Of a DNA stretch of 64,000 nt, positions 17,926-27,436 are shown piece after piece; the first letter of the stretch is position 1; each line of letters begins with the position of its first letter. A program made the position numbers and the translations under genes. The notes under the pieces were generated by a model. It saw only the letters and a program-made list of their open reading frames with translations. It was not told where the DNA came from and did not search any database. The DNA comes from a virus. Location: positions 59,583-123,582 of IMG/VR virus record IMGVR_UViG_3300025362_000004; one strand, given 5' to 3'.

Positions 17926-18002
17926 TGGAGTGTAGCTCAGAAGGATAGAGCGCACGCCTGATAAGCGTGAGGTCGAGGGTTCAATTCCCTCTTCTCCAAC
18001 CA
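17926..18002 (+). tRNA. tRNA-Ile(GAT)
   Basis: Canonical cloverleaf. Confidence 0.9.
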
Positions 18003-18005
18003 AAC

Positions 18006-18397
18006 GGGGCTGTTTATGGATTCGACAGGGTAAAAACGGATACGATTAGCATAGGTTCGATGGAACTAAAACACACGATAAAACAATCGGAAACTTATTT
18101 AACACAGTTATTTCTTGGGTAAAGGGTTTATTCTCTCCAAGAGTAGCACTTTCAGTCTAAGAAGAGACAGAACGAATTTATAACTATTACCTATAAGTTA
18201 TAATTTCGCCAGAATATAGGATACGACTACTGACTAATACAAAGTGGTAAGAGATAAATTGTATTGAACGATTCGTAATAAAGTTTGTATGTAGTAAAAA
18301 GCGAAAAGTTCTAAAACCCTCTAAAAACATACTAACTATGTAGAATATGGTATCACGAATATCGTGGACAGGGGTTCAAATCCCCTCAGCTCCACCA
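18006..18397 (+). ncRNA. ssrA: tmRNA
   Basis: GGGGCTG..GGATTCGAC 5' end, GGTTCAAATCCCCTCAGCTCCACCA 3' end, G3:U70, tag ORF 18089-18160. Confidence 0.95.
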
Positions 18398-18415
18398 AAA
18401 AAGGAAAGAAGGAAT

Positions 18416-18790
18416 ATGATAATGATAAGAAAATTAATTTTAGGTAATACAGGCTCTGGAAAAACTACAGAATTATGCAAGATAGCCGCAAAAGGTTTGC
18501 TTGATGGTGAAAATATACTTTTTATAAAAGATGGTGAAAGTAAAGACTTCTTAGTTAATAGAGTATTACATTTCGTTGCGCCTGCTTTAGGTTTTAGTTC
18601 TAAATTACAAATAAAAGGCACAGTTTTATTCATAAATAAAAATGAACTAAATGGTATTAGAGGAATGGCTTTTGATACTATATTATTTGATAATTATGAA
18701 CGACAAGACATATTTAATATCCCTGCAAAAATAGGAATATTTACTCAACAAATGAATAATACAGAATACGCAACAACAGTAATATTATAA
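18416..18790 (+). CDS. small P-loop NTPase
   Basis: GNTGSGKT Walker A. Confidence 0.7.
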   Translation: MIMIRKLILGNTGSGKTTELCKIAAKGLLDGENILFIKDGESKDFLVNRVLHFVAPALGFSSKLQIKGTVLFINKNELNGIRGMAFDTILFDNYERQDIFNIPAKIGIFTQQMNNTEYATTVIL

Positions 18791-18801
18791 AGGAGAGCAT
18801 T

Positions 18802-19002
18802 ATGGCAAAGATATTTTTTAAACAACCAAAAGCAAAGAAGATTAGAGGCGGATATATAAAACCAAAAGGTTTGACTTATAGCCGCGAACCATTTATCAAA
18901 AAAGTATTTGGGGAAGTGCGAGAATTCGCAAATCGTCAAGAATACAAAGCTTTCTATAGACGTAACAGAAGAAATAGAAAACTAGGGATTGAAATAGTAT
19001 AA
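18802..19002 (+). CDS. basic hypothetical protein
   Basis: AGGAG RBS. Confidence 0.7.
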   Translation: MAKIFFKQPKAKKIRGGYIKPKGLTYSREPFIKKVFGEVREFANRQEYKAFYRRNRRNRKLGIEIV

Positions 19003-19373
19003 TGATACTAAGAGATGTTTTAGATGAAGCAAAAGAGGGAGATTATTTCGTATTAGACGCAGAATTGCCAGGCGATATTATCAACCAATTAGATGAAATT
19101 GAGTTAGATTACAATGAAAAATACACTTGTTGCTCAGGCGATAAAGATAAAGTATTTGATTATTGTGGCGACGAAGACCTATTAGAAGAAGAAGTTACTG
19201 GTTATAATAAAAGTGGTAACAGAATTTATATCACAATAGGAGAGTTTGGTTCATACGAAATCTATGAACATTATTTAGAAATCGTAGCAACAAAAGTTAT
19301 GAATTACGAGCAATGGCTTGATGATTATAAAGACGCATTTAAAGAATTAGAAGATTTACAGAAATACAGATAA
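19002..19373 (+). CDS. acidic hypothetical protein
   Basis: TAATG coupling. Confidence 0.7.
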   Translation: MILRDVLDEAKEGDYFVLDAELPGDIINQLDEIELDYNEKYTCCSGDKDKVFDYCGDEDLLEEEVTGYNKSGNRIYITIGEFGSYEIYEHYLEIVATKVMNYEQWLDDYKDAFKELEDLQKYR

Positions 19374-19667
19374 AGAAATTGACCTAACGCACTAAGGTGA
19401 GGAAAGTCCGAACTACTATATCGCTTAACGCCGTATCTCTAATAAAGTATGGCAGGTATGGAACAGAGACGAGTAAATTTATTTGGCTTATTATTATATT
19501 ATTTTACACCGAGTATAACGGGTAGAATATTATACATGTGATTGTTACGACGTAAGCAAATAAATGGATATGAAACGGCTGTATCTGGCGAGGTAGCAAG
19601 TCAAACTATGGTAGACGCAAATAGGTAGATGTTAGGATAAAACAGAATTCGGCTTACTAATTTTTTT
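19373..19667 (+). ncRNA. rnpB: RNase P RNA
   Basis: Universal GAGGAAAGTCCG and AAACAGAATTCGGCTTAC (P4) motifs, terminal P1 pairing. Confidence 0.9.
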
Positions 19668-19697
19668 ACTTCTGAAATAAAATACAAAGGAGAATAT

Positions 19698-19892
19698 ATG
19701 TTAGCAATATTTTTAGTAATGGCGCCTTTATTGGCATCAGCATTAACAATTTTAGCAATAACAATTGGAGCGGCGATATTGTTTTATATAATGTATCATA
19801 CATTCCATGGAGATTTACCATTTATAATGAAAACCGTAATAGTAATTTTACTAATAATTGGTTTTACATTATTAGGAATAGCAATTTTATAG
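19698..19892 (+). CDS. small membrane protein (2 TM)
   Basis: AGGAG RBS, hydrophobic segments. Confidence 0.75.
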   Translation: MLAIFLVMAPLLASALTILAITIGAAILFYIMYHTFHGDLPFIMKTVIVILLIIGFTLLGIAIL

Positions 19893-19957
19893 GGTTGAGG
19901 TTAGAACCGCCGCAGAAACTATCCCTTTCAAAAAAAAGTTTTAACAGCGGCACCAAT

Positions 19958-20032
19958 GAAAATATAGTGTAATGGTTAGCACACTGAGTTCCGAACTCAG
20001 GAGTAGGGGTTCAATTCCCCTTAGTTTCACCA
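19958..20032 (+). tRNA. tRNA-Arg(CCG)
   Basis: CTGAG-TTCCGAA-CTCAG. Confidence 0.75.
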
Positions 20033-20034
20033 AT

Positions 20035-20127
20035 GGGACGGTGTATGGGCTACAAGAGGTCACGAGTCAACAATGTAAACTGATTGGCTTAACGTCGGAG
20101 CGGGTTCAATTCCCCTTCGTTCCACCA
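20035..20127 (+). ncRNA. tRNA-like RNA resembling an isolated tmRNA tRNA-like domain
   Basis: GGG..TCC-ACCA acceptor with G3:U70, T-loop, no canonical D or anticodon arm. Confidence 0.5.
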
Positions 20128-20132
20128 AATAA

Positions 20133-20342
20133 TATGAAGAGAGCGTACGACATAATTGCGTCAGGGTCTTCTCGAAGGTTCAATTCCTTCCTTCATAACC
20201 ATATTACGAAGAGCGAGTGCGACATAATTGCGCCAGAGCTAATTGGAGGTTAAATCCCTCTCTTCGTAACCATGCTGAGGAGAGTGTGCGACATAATTGC
20301 GCCAGAGTCTAATTGAGGGTACGATGCCCTCCCTCATCACCA
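20133..20342 (+). ncRNA. three tandem D-armless tRNA-like RNAs
   Basis: Units at 20133-20201, 20205-20272, 20274-20342; each has acceptor, T-arm, ACCA and a shared CGACATAATTGCG core. Confidence 0.75.
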
Positions 20343-20469
20343 AAAAATCTATAAGCGAGGTATAAAAATGGAAAATCGGAATATAAACCTAGTTTTAAAT
20401 CAAGAGAGAACCAAGAACTAGACATGGAAGTTTACTTCCATGTAAAATAAATGGAAGAGGTGCAATAAA

Positions 20470-20985
20470 ATGAGCAAATTTAAAAAAATACCATTATCAA
20501 AACAAACAAAACCATACCACTCACGGACATATGGTCAATTAATTGAAGAAGATATGTTTTTCATCCTTGGCGAAAGACTAAAAATGTCTAATAATCCTTG
20601 TATATTGTTTATAGGAACAGATAGTCAAACATTCTCACAAACAAAGGTTATTAGTGTTATTGCTGTCCATGAAATTGGACACGGCGGTTTCTGGTTCCAT
20701 ACAGTAGACTGGACAGATGCATATAGAAAAGCTAGAATTGCAGAAAAAATTGCTGAAGAAACAGTTCGTTCAATCGAATTAGCTAAGAAAGTTATTAAGT
20801 TTGTTGAAGATAATAAATTAGACGTAAGTATTAAAATCCATGCAGATGTTGGGCGTGGTAAACATAGTAAAACAAAAGAAATGATTAACTGGGTAGTTGC
20901 AATGATTGAAGCCGAAGGATTTGAAGCGGAAATCAAACCAAACTCTTGGGCTGCATCAAGTATCGCAGATAGAATTTCAAAATAA
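20470..20985 (+). CDS. RNase H-like YkuK/DUF458 family protein
   Basis: IGTDSQ, E...S, IHADVG, IKP.SWAAS.IAD. Confidence 0.85.
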   Translation: MSKFKKIPLSKQTKPYHSRTYGQLIEEDMFFILGERLKMSNNPCILFIGTDSQTFSQTKVISVIAVHEIGHGGFWFHTVDWTDAYRKARIAEKIAEETVRSIELAKKVIKFVEDNKLDVSIKIHADVGRGKHSKTKEMINWVVAMIEAEGFEAEIKPNSWAASSIADRISK

Positions 20986-21219
20986 AATTAAATAATGAAT
21001 AAAATCTAGTAATGTAGATTTTATTTTTTTTCTAATCTATGGTATAATATATATATAAGATAAACTTATAGAGGTGATTATTATTCCAAGAAAATGGACA
21101 AATAGCAAGGGAAACTCTATATTTGTTGATAAAAGCAAAGATAGAAGATTAGACAAGTTAAGAAGAGAATTAAAAGAAAAAGAAAGACAGGAAAAGGAAG
21201 CTAAGAAACGGAGATAAAT

Positions 21220-21702
21220 ATGAAACGAAAAGTAATATTTTTAGATGTAGACGGAGTATTGAATAGCGAAAAATTTTTTATAGCAAGAAAACCAGGCTTA
21301 AATAAAGATAGCAATTATCCTTATAGCCACTTAGATAATGATGCAGTTGGAAGATTTGCATATTTTGTTGCAGAACTTAAAAATAATTTTGAAGTTAAAA
21401 TAGTTATTTCTTCGTCTTGGAGAGTAATGAATTATGATGAAATCAGACAAGTTCTTGCTAAAAACTTTATTGCGAGATATGATGAATTTACAAGAACAGA
21501 GTATAGTGATGGAGATAGAGGACAAGAAATTTTAAACTATTGTGCTTTTTATGGTATTGATGTATCTGAAATAATTGTTATTGATGATGATGATTTCGAT
21601 ATTAAAGATTATATCCCCGCAGAGAACTTCATTCATACCTCTTGGAAAAACGGATTAACCTACAAATTAGTTTCAGATTTCCTAAATAAATTAGCAGTGT
21701 AG
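21220..21702 (+). CDS. HAD-family phosphatase (Swiss-army-knife RNA-repair type)
   Basis: FLDVDGVLN, ISSSWR, RG.EI, IDDD. Confidence 0.85.
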   Translation: MKRKVIFLDVDGVLNSEKFFIARKPGLNKDSNYPYSHLDNDAVGRFAYFVAELKNNFEVKIVISSSWRVMNYDEIRQVLAKNFIARYDEFTRTEYSDGDRGQEILNYCAFYGIDVSEIIVIDDDDFDIKDYIPAENFIHTSWKNGLTYKLVSDFLNKLAV

Positions 21703-21799
21703 ATTTGATTTTCTTTATGGTTTATGATATAATTATATTATAACTAAGTGAGATATATAATATTATTTAGTTATCGGTCTTTGAAAAACAAATGAGAAA

Positions 21800-23580
21800 T
21801 TATCACTCATTTCATATGAAATTAATGGTGGCCTCAAAGCTGTTCGCGGCTTAAAGGTGGGTATCAACACGAACTCCAAAGGTTCGTTCGTAGTCCAAAA
21901 GACAAGGGGATATCGCTGTTATCATTAGTTGTTGTAAATTAATACCATCGGTGGTCATTTAGTAAAGTGAGAGTAGCGTCTCAAACTATACTATGGGAAA
22001 ATGATTTTACTGCTGTTGACGGGGAGAAATGCCTCTATAACACGGGTGGTAGTTGAACGTAGAAACCAGTAGAATTTTTAAATAATTAAGCAAATGCTAA
22101 ATTTGTAGGTAATCAATCCTACCTATTACACGCCTTGTGCAATATAGAGACCTTGCTAGTCAATATATGTAATAGTCGCATAATGAATAAGTTGTATATG
22201 TATTGGACTTCCTAATCAGAAGACCCTAACGTAAGTTAGTACACTAAAACCCTAACTCTTGCTTGGAGTAAGTGGCGTATAAATGAGGTTGAAATACCTT
22301 TCGAGCCTGTTGAGGCAAATTTATACGGCGAAACATATATAATTTAATTAGTGCATCGAGAAGCGACTCAGTATCTGGGGCCCGCGACCCTCCCAGGGCG
22401 TGGATGAGACCCAAGCGTAGATATGAAAACCGTTGAAACGGGTAAAACCGTGTATAATGAGTCAAGCCAATTCGAGTAAAAGCATAAAAACGGAAAAAAA
22501 TACAGATACTTTCTTAAAGTGAAAGTTGACTTGTTTAAGACAGGTAAAATAGATTAAAGCCTACGTACTTGTGAGTAATCAATCTCACTATCCTTCGGGA
22601 TATGTAATGAACCAACACAGTTAATGAATAAACTTATTGGTAAGATAATAAATCCAATCCGTTAATTTTATATGAAATGAGTGAATAACACGAGGCAGTT
22701 TAGTGTCTCTAAAGGGAAAAGGTGGGTAACCATCTGGAAGGTATTTGACAAATATCGCTATGTAATATAGCCCGTCTAAACAAAAGTAGTCAAGTGAGAG
22801 TATTAAAAATGTAGCTCACTCTTCAAGATAGTAACGAATTGTTGGAGAATAGATACTGTTATTATGTTAAAAGGAGTCAACGGCAAGTGCTTAGATTCTG
22901 TGGTTATCTCGTGGTGGGATAATCGGCATATCCAAAAATAATAGAATTGAAAGAAAACTACAAGGGTAATAAGTATGAGGTTAGCAACTAAATGCAGTTA
23001 CCCATTAAGTAAAGTAAAAATGGAGCTTTATTTAAAGTGAAAGTACCGCGAGGAAATCACAACGGAGATATTGAATATTTTGTGTCCCAAAAGGAAACGA
23101 AGTTCAGGTTGAAGTATATCTTCTGTCAAAACAAACAATACATATGGGGGTTCGAGTCCCTCCCTAGCCTCCAATAAAAATTATATGGCTGGGTAGCTTA
23201 ATGGGTAAAGCAGTTGTCTAAGAAACAATACATTTGTATAAGCGAAATCTTCAAAGATTTAAGATGAAAATGCCTTAATTCCACAGAGTAATACTTAATG
23301 TGGAGCAGTAAAACTCGCAAGGTAATACTGTTTGATAAGGAAATGCACGGCGTCTCTAGCGAGACTTAGTGAGTCGCAAGCTCACACGGTAATGGAATTG
23401 TCGATTAATCTTAAATGACAGGGTGCTAAGCATCATCCTTCCAGAGATGGTAAAACAAAGCAGGCATGCTTCTAAACAGACCCGAGTCTGTGGATAAGTT
23501 AATTAACACGTGCAGATAAGCATCGCGTGGTACGATTAACTAAAGTAGGAGTATTAAAGATATAATCTCAGTCTTTAAAA
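21800..23580 (+). ncRNA. giant (about 1.8 kb) structured RNA locus, GOLLD-like 3' part
   Basis: Promoter at 21705, terminator at 23589, no credible ORF, 26-bp long-range helix 21803-21828/22659-22684, embedded permuted tRNA. Confidence 0.7.
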
Positions 23581-23588
23581 ACTAAACT

Positions 23589-23612
23589 AGCACTTCCGAG
23601 TGCTCTTTTTTT
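23589..23612 (+). terminator. intrinsic terminator
   Basis: AGCACT-TCCG-AGTGCT plus T run. Confidence 0.85.
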
Positions 23613-23716
23613 ATGGAATAAAAGTAAATACATAAATTAAAAATTGACTTTTGGTTTAAATTATGTTATAATTAAGTATAAAAAGATAGATATATATTTA
23701 ATATTAGGAGAGTAAA

Positions 23717-24121
23717 ATGAATAGTACTGAAGCACACATAAAATATAACGATTTAATAACTAAATTAAAATTAACTTTACCTTATGGAAATTTTAATGAT
23801 TTAAGCATTTCAGATTACTTTAAAAATCGCAAGACTGGACCAAAGCGTTGGTTATATAATCGTCATCACATCTGTGAAATAGATATAAGCGGTTCAAGAA
23901 TTATGCAATCAGGATATGCTAACTCAGAATCAATAATTGTAGATACAGATACTCATTGTGTATTACACTACTTAATTATTTTAAGTGGCAGGACTAGACC
24001 AGATTGGGGTATGCGATTACAATTCGATAACATACATGAATGGGAAGAATCAATAAGAAGAGGTTGCAGAAAATATAATATACCATTTGATTATGAATGG
24101 CAAAAAAGTATAAGGAGTTAA
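23717..24121 (+). CDS. hypothetical protein, possibly HNH-like
   Basis: RHHI.E...H...H pattern. Confidence 0.6.
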   Translation: MNSTEAHIKYNDLITKLKLTLPYGNFNDLSISDYFKNRKTGPKRWLYNRHHICEIDISGSRIMQSGYANSESIIVDTDTHCVLHYLIILSGRTRPDWGMRLQFDNIHEWEESIRRGCRKYNIPFDYEWQKSIRS

Positions 24122-24124
24122 ATT

Positions 24125-24406
24125 ATGGGATTATTTAAAAAAAGAAAAGTACAAGCTGGATATACACGAGAAAAACCAACTCATGTAAAAGCACCACCAA
24201 AGAAAGAAGTTGAAGTGCGTGACTTTTATATAGAAGGTTTAAGCAAAGAGGAAATAATTGGCTTAATAAAAACGTCAAGAATACTACAAACTACTTGCTG
24301 GAATAATACAGGTGGACCAGCATACAAACATTACGAAACATTCTATCAGATAGATTACCGATATATTAGAGACTTGGTAAATATGATGGTGGAAGAAGAT
24401 GAATAA
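24125..24406 (+). CDS. hypothetical protein
   Basis: AAGGAG RBS. Confidence 0.7.
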   Translation: MGLFKKRKVQAGYTREKPTHVKAPPKKEVEVRDFYIEGLSKEEIIGLIKTSRILQTTCWNNTGGPAYKHYETFYQIDYRYIRDLVNMMVEEDE

Positions 24407-24788
24407 AATAATTGAATGTTCAAGTAGAGGCGACAAAAGATTCAGTTCATTATACGCAAAGATGCCAGATGGATTTTCAATAGAACATCACTATCAAGTT
24501 AATATAAAAGGATATAATACTATTGCTGATGGAAAAAATAAAATTGGAAAATTATTTAGTTTTAAAAAGCAACTACGTAAATTTAAAGCACTTTGGATAG
24601 AATACTTAAGAGTTAATCCAGAGCTTTTTAAGTATCTTATTCAGAAGAGAAAAGAAGGGTACGACTTTAATGACTCATATGGTAAGCCCGGTGCGGCGAA
24701 CCAAGCTACAACACTAATGGAAATAATAGATGAATGGATAAGCGGAGAAGATTTTACAAGTTACGCAGACGACTATATTGAAGATTAA
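24399..24788 (+). CDS. conserved phage protein, possibly NADAR-like
   Basis: ECSSRGDKRFS.LYA...E.HYQ..IKG. Confidence 0.55.
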   Translation: MNKIIECSSRGDKRFSSLYAKMPDGFSIEHHYQVNIKGYNTIADGKNKIGKLFSFKKQLRKFKALWIEYLRVNPELFKYLIQKRKEGYDFNDSYGKPGAANQATTLMEIIDEWISGEDFTSYADDYIED

Positions 24789-24799
24789 AGGAGAATAGT

Positions 24800-25333
24800 A
24801 TGAGAAAACAAATGGTATTAAATTTATTCGGTGGGCCTGGGACAGGCAAATCAACAGGAGCGGCTTATATATTTAGCAAATTAAAAATTGATGGATATGA
24901 CGTAGAATTAGTTACGGAGTTTGCTAAAGATAAAGTATACGAAGATACAAAAGAAGTATGGAATAATCAACTTTATATATTCGGTAAACAGAGTTTTAGA
25001 TTATCGAGAATAGAGGGAAAAGTAGATTTGATTATAACTGATGCACCGATATTGCTTTCAGTTTATTACAATCAAGGCAAGTTAAGTTGGCACTTCGATG
25101 AAATGGTAGAAGAATTTCATAATGACTTTGATAATATAAATATATTTTTAAAAAGAGTTAAAGAATATAATCCTAAAGGAAGATTCCAGACAGAAAAGCA
25201 AGCAATACAGATTGATGATGACGTAAAACAAATGCTAAGAGATTTAAACGAATCATATATATGTTATCCTGCTGATGAAGGCGGCTATCAAAGAATATAT
25301 GAAAAAATCAAATTTGTATTAGACAACCTATAA
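24800..25333 (+). CDS. NadR/Ttd14-like P-loop ATPase/kinase
   Basis: NLFGGPGTGKST, EFAKD, ITD.P. Confidence 0.8.
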   Translation: MRKQMVLNLFGGPGTGKSTGAAYIFSKLKIDGYDVELVTEFAKDKVYEDTKEVWNNQLYIFGKQSFRLSRIEGKVDLIITDAPILLSVYYNQGKLSWHFDEMVEEFHNDFDNINIFLKRVKEYNPKGRFQTEKQAIQIDDDVKQMLRDLNESYICYPADEGGYQRIYEKIKFVLDNL

Positions 25334-25458
25334 ATGGTTGTTTTTTTATTCCATAGGCATATCAGAAAAGAATTGATTTTTTTATGAAATCGTGTTATAC
25401 TATATATAAGAAGTTGGAATATAGAGTTCCAATTAATAAATAAAAGAGGTGGAATAAT

Positions 25459-27345
25459 ATGGCAATACTTAATATTACCTATGGTTTATTTGGTGGAATT
25501 AATAATGTTGGGAACCCAGCATCATATGAAAGTACAACAGATTTACCAGTAACGCTACTAGACCCTACTAAGGAAGGATATACCTTTGTAGACTGGTATG
25601 ATAATGGAGATTTTATCGGAGACCCTATAACAGAGATTCCGTTAGGAACAACATCAGACGAAGCAGTTTATGCTGAGTTTACAATTAATTCTTATGCATT
25701 ACAATTTACAGACCATGATGATACCGTTCTTCAAACGGCAGATTATGAATTTGGAGCTGACACAAGTGGAGTGACAGCACCAGTAGCTCCTACAAGAACT
25801 GGATATGTATTTAGCGCATGGGATATATCAATTCCAGAAACAATGCCTGCGGCAGTAGTAACAATCCAAGCGATATATACAGCAGAACAACATGTATTAA
25901 GCTTTGAAAGCAATGGTGGTTCAGCAGTAACATCACTTACACAAGACACAGGTTCAGCAGTGGTTCAACCAGCTAACCCAACTAAAGAAGGATATGTATT
26001 CGATGATTGGTACAATGAAGTTGGATTATCAACAGCTTATGTATTTGATACAATGCCAGCAGTAGATACAGAAATCTATGCAGGTTGGACAGTAGTTCAA
26101 TATACAATTACTTTTGATAGTAATGGCGGTACAGTTGTAGCACCAATTACACAAGATTTTGGTACAGTAGTTACTGAACCTGCAGACCCAACTAAAGCAA
26201 ACCTAAACTTTAGAGTATGGTCTTCAGATGCAGAGTTGACTCAAGAATATATTTTTGATACAATGCCTGCAGAAGACATCACCGTATATGGATATTGGTA
26301 TGCCGTTTTAACTTATGATTCAAATGGTGGTAGTGCAGTAGCTCAAGAAAATGTTGGCGAAGGCAATACACCAGTAGAGCCTGATGCACCGATATTCGCA
26401 GGATATACATTTAATGGGTGGTATATAGATGATAATACATTCTTAGTGCCAGTTGATTTTGAAACTCCACTTACAGCAGATGAAGTATTTTATGCTGAAT
26501 GGGTAGCAGTTCTTTATTCAGCACAATATTTAGATTGGGACGGGGCAGTTCTTCAAACAGCTAACTATGAATTCGGAGCAGATACAAGCGGAGTAACACC
26601 TCCAGCTGAACCAACTAGAACAGGTTGGACATTTACAGCTTGGGATTCAGTAGCACCAGCGACAATGCCAGTTGACGGAATAACTATTACAGCTACTTAT
26701 ACAATAGATGTAATCACAATGACATTCGATACAGGTGTAGGTTCAGTAGTAGCACCGTATGTTCAAGACTATGGGACACCTGTAGTAGAACCTACAACTT
26801 CTGAAACTGGTTATACATTTGATGGCTGGTTCGAAGAAGCAGAGTTTACAACTCCTTACGTATTTACAACAATGCCTGCGGCGAATTTAACAATTTATGC
26901 TAAACTTACAGAGTTGGTATTTAATATTACTTACGTAAATGTATTAGGAATAGCACACACTAACCCTGCAACATACGAGTCAGATACGCCTGTCACATTC
27001 ACAGACCCAACAACAACAACAGGATATACTTTTAAAGGTTGGTATAATGCAATTAGACAAGGAACAGAAGTCTTAGGAACTACAACAGAAACTATTGGTA
27101 GTTTCACAGTATATGCTCAATGGGTTATGGTAAATAATCAAATTGCAATACCACAAGTTAATGCAGATGACACAGATTTAAGAATACCTACTTCTGCTAT
27201 CAGAATATCTGGTACAGCAAAAACACCAACAGGATATGCAATGTGGGTTGAAACAGATAGTTATAAAAACTATACGTTCCCTACTAAATATGTTACATTG
27301 GCAGAAGCAGTAGCGGCTAGAGATGCTTTCTTAGCACTATTATAA
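25459..27345 (+). CDS. InlB B-repeat (Listeria-Bacteroides repeat) protein
   Basis: Repeated F.SNGGS...P..PTK.GY.F..WY units. Confidence 0.9.
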   Translation: MAILNITYGLFGGINNVGNPASYESTTDLPVTLLDPTKEGYTFVDWYDNGDFIGDPITEIPLGTTSDEAVYAEFTINSYALQFTDHDDTVLQTADYEFGADTSGVTAPVAPTRTGYVFSAWDISIPETMPAAVVTIQAIYTAEQHVLSFESNGGSAVTSLTQDTGSAVVQPANPTKEGYVFDDWYNEVGLSTAYVFDTMPAVDTEIYAGWTVVQYTITFDSNGGTVVAPITQDFGTVVTEPADPTKANLNFRVWSSDAELTQEYIFDTMPAEDITVYGYWYAVLTYDSNGGSAVAQENVGEGNTPVEPDAPIFAGYTFNGWYIDDNTFLVPVDFETPLTADEVFYAEWVAVLYSAQYLDWDGAVLQTANYEFGADTSGVTPPAEPTRTGWTFTAWDSVAPATMPVDGITITATYTIDVITMTFDTGVGSVVAPYVQDYGTPVVEPTTSETGYTFDGWFEEAEFTTPYVFTTMPAANLTIYAKLTELVFNITYVNVLGIAHTNPATYESDTPVTFTDPTTTTGYTFKGWYNAIRQGTEVLGTTTETIGSFTVYAQWVMVNNQIAIPQVNADDTDLRIPTSAIRISGTAKTPTGYAMWVETDSYKNYTFPTKYVTLAEAVAARDAFLALL

Positions 27346-27436
27346 TATAGATTGTGCGACTTTTGAATAAAAAGTCGCATTTTTTATTATTGACTTTTTT
27401 CCAATTTTGTGATATAATAAATTATAAAGATGTAAA

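Noticed and set aside
21800-23580. rRNA gene or group II intron
   Set aside because: Only a short 23S-like word (AGTACCGCGAGG); no universal rRNA motifs, no recognisable domain V and no flanking exons
25459-27345. Internal repeats as a diversity-generating retroelement or DNA repeat array
   Set aside because: They are protein-level InlB B-repeats; no reverse transcriptase or adenine-specific variation was seen
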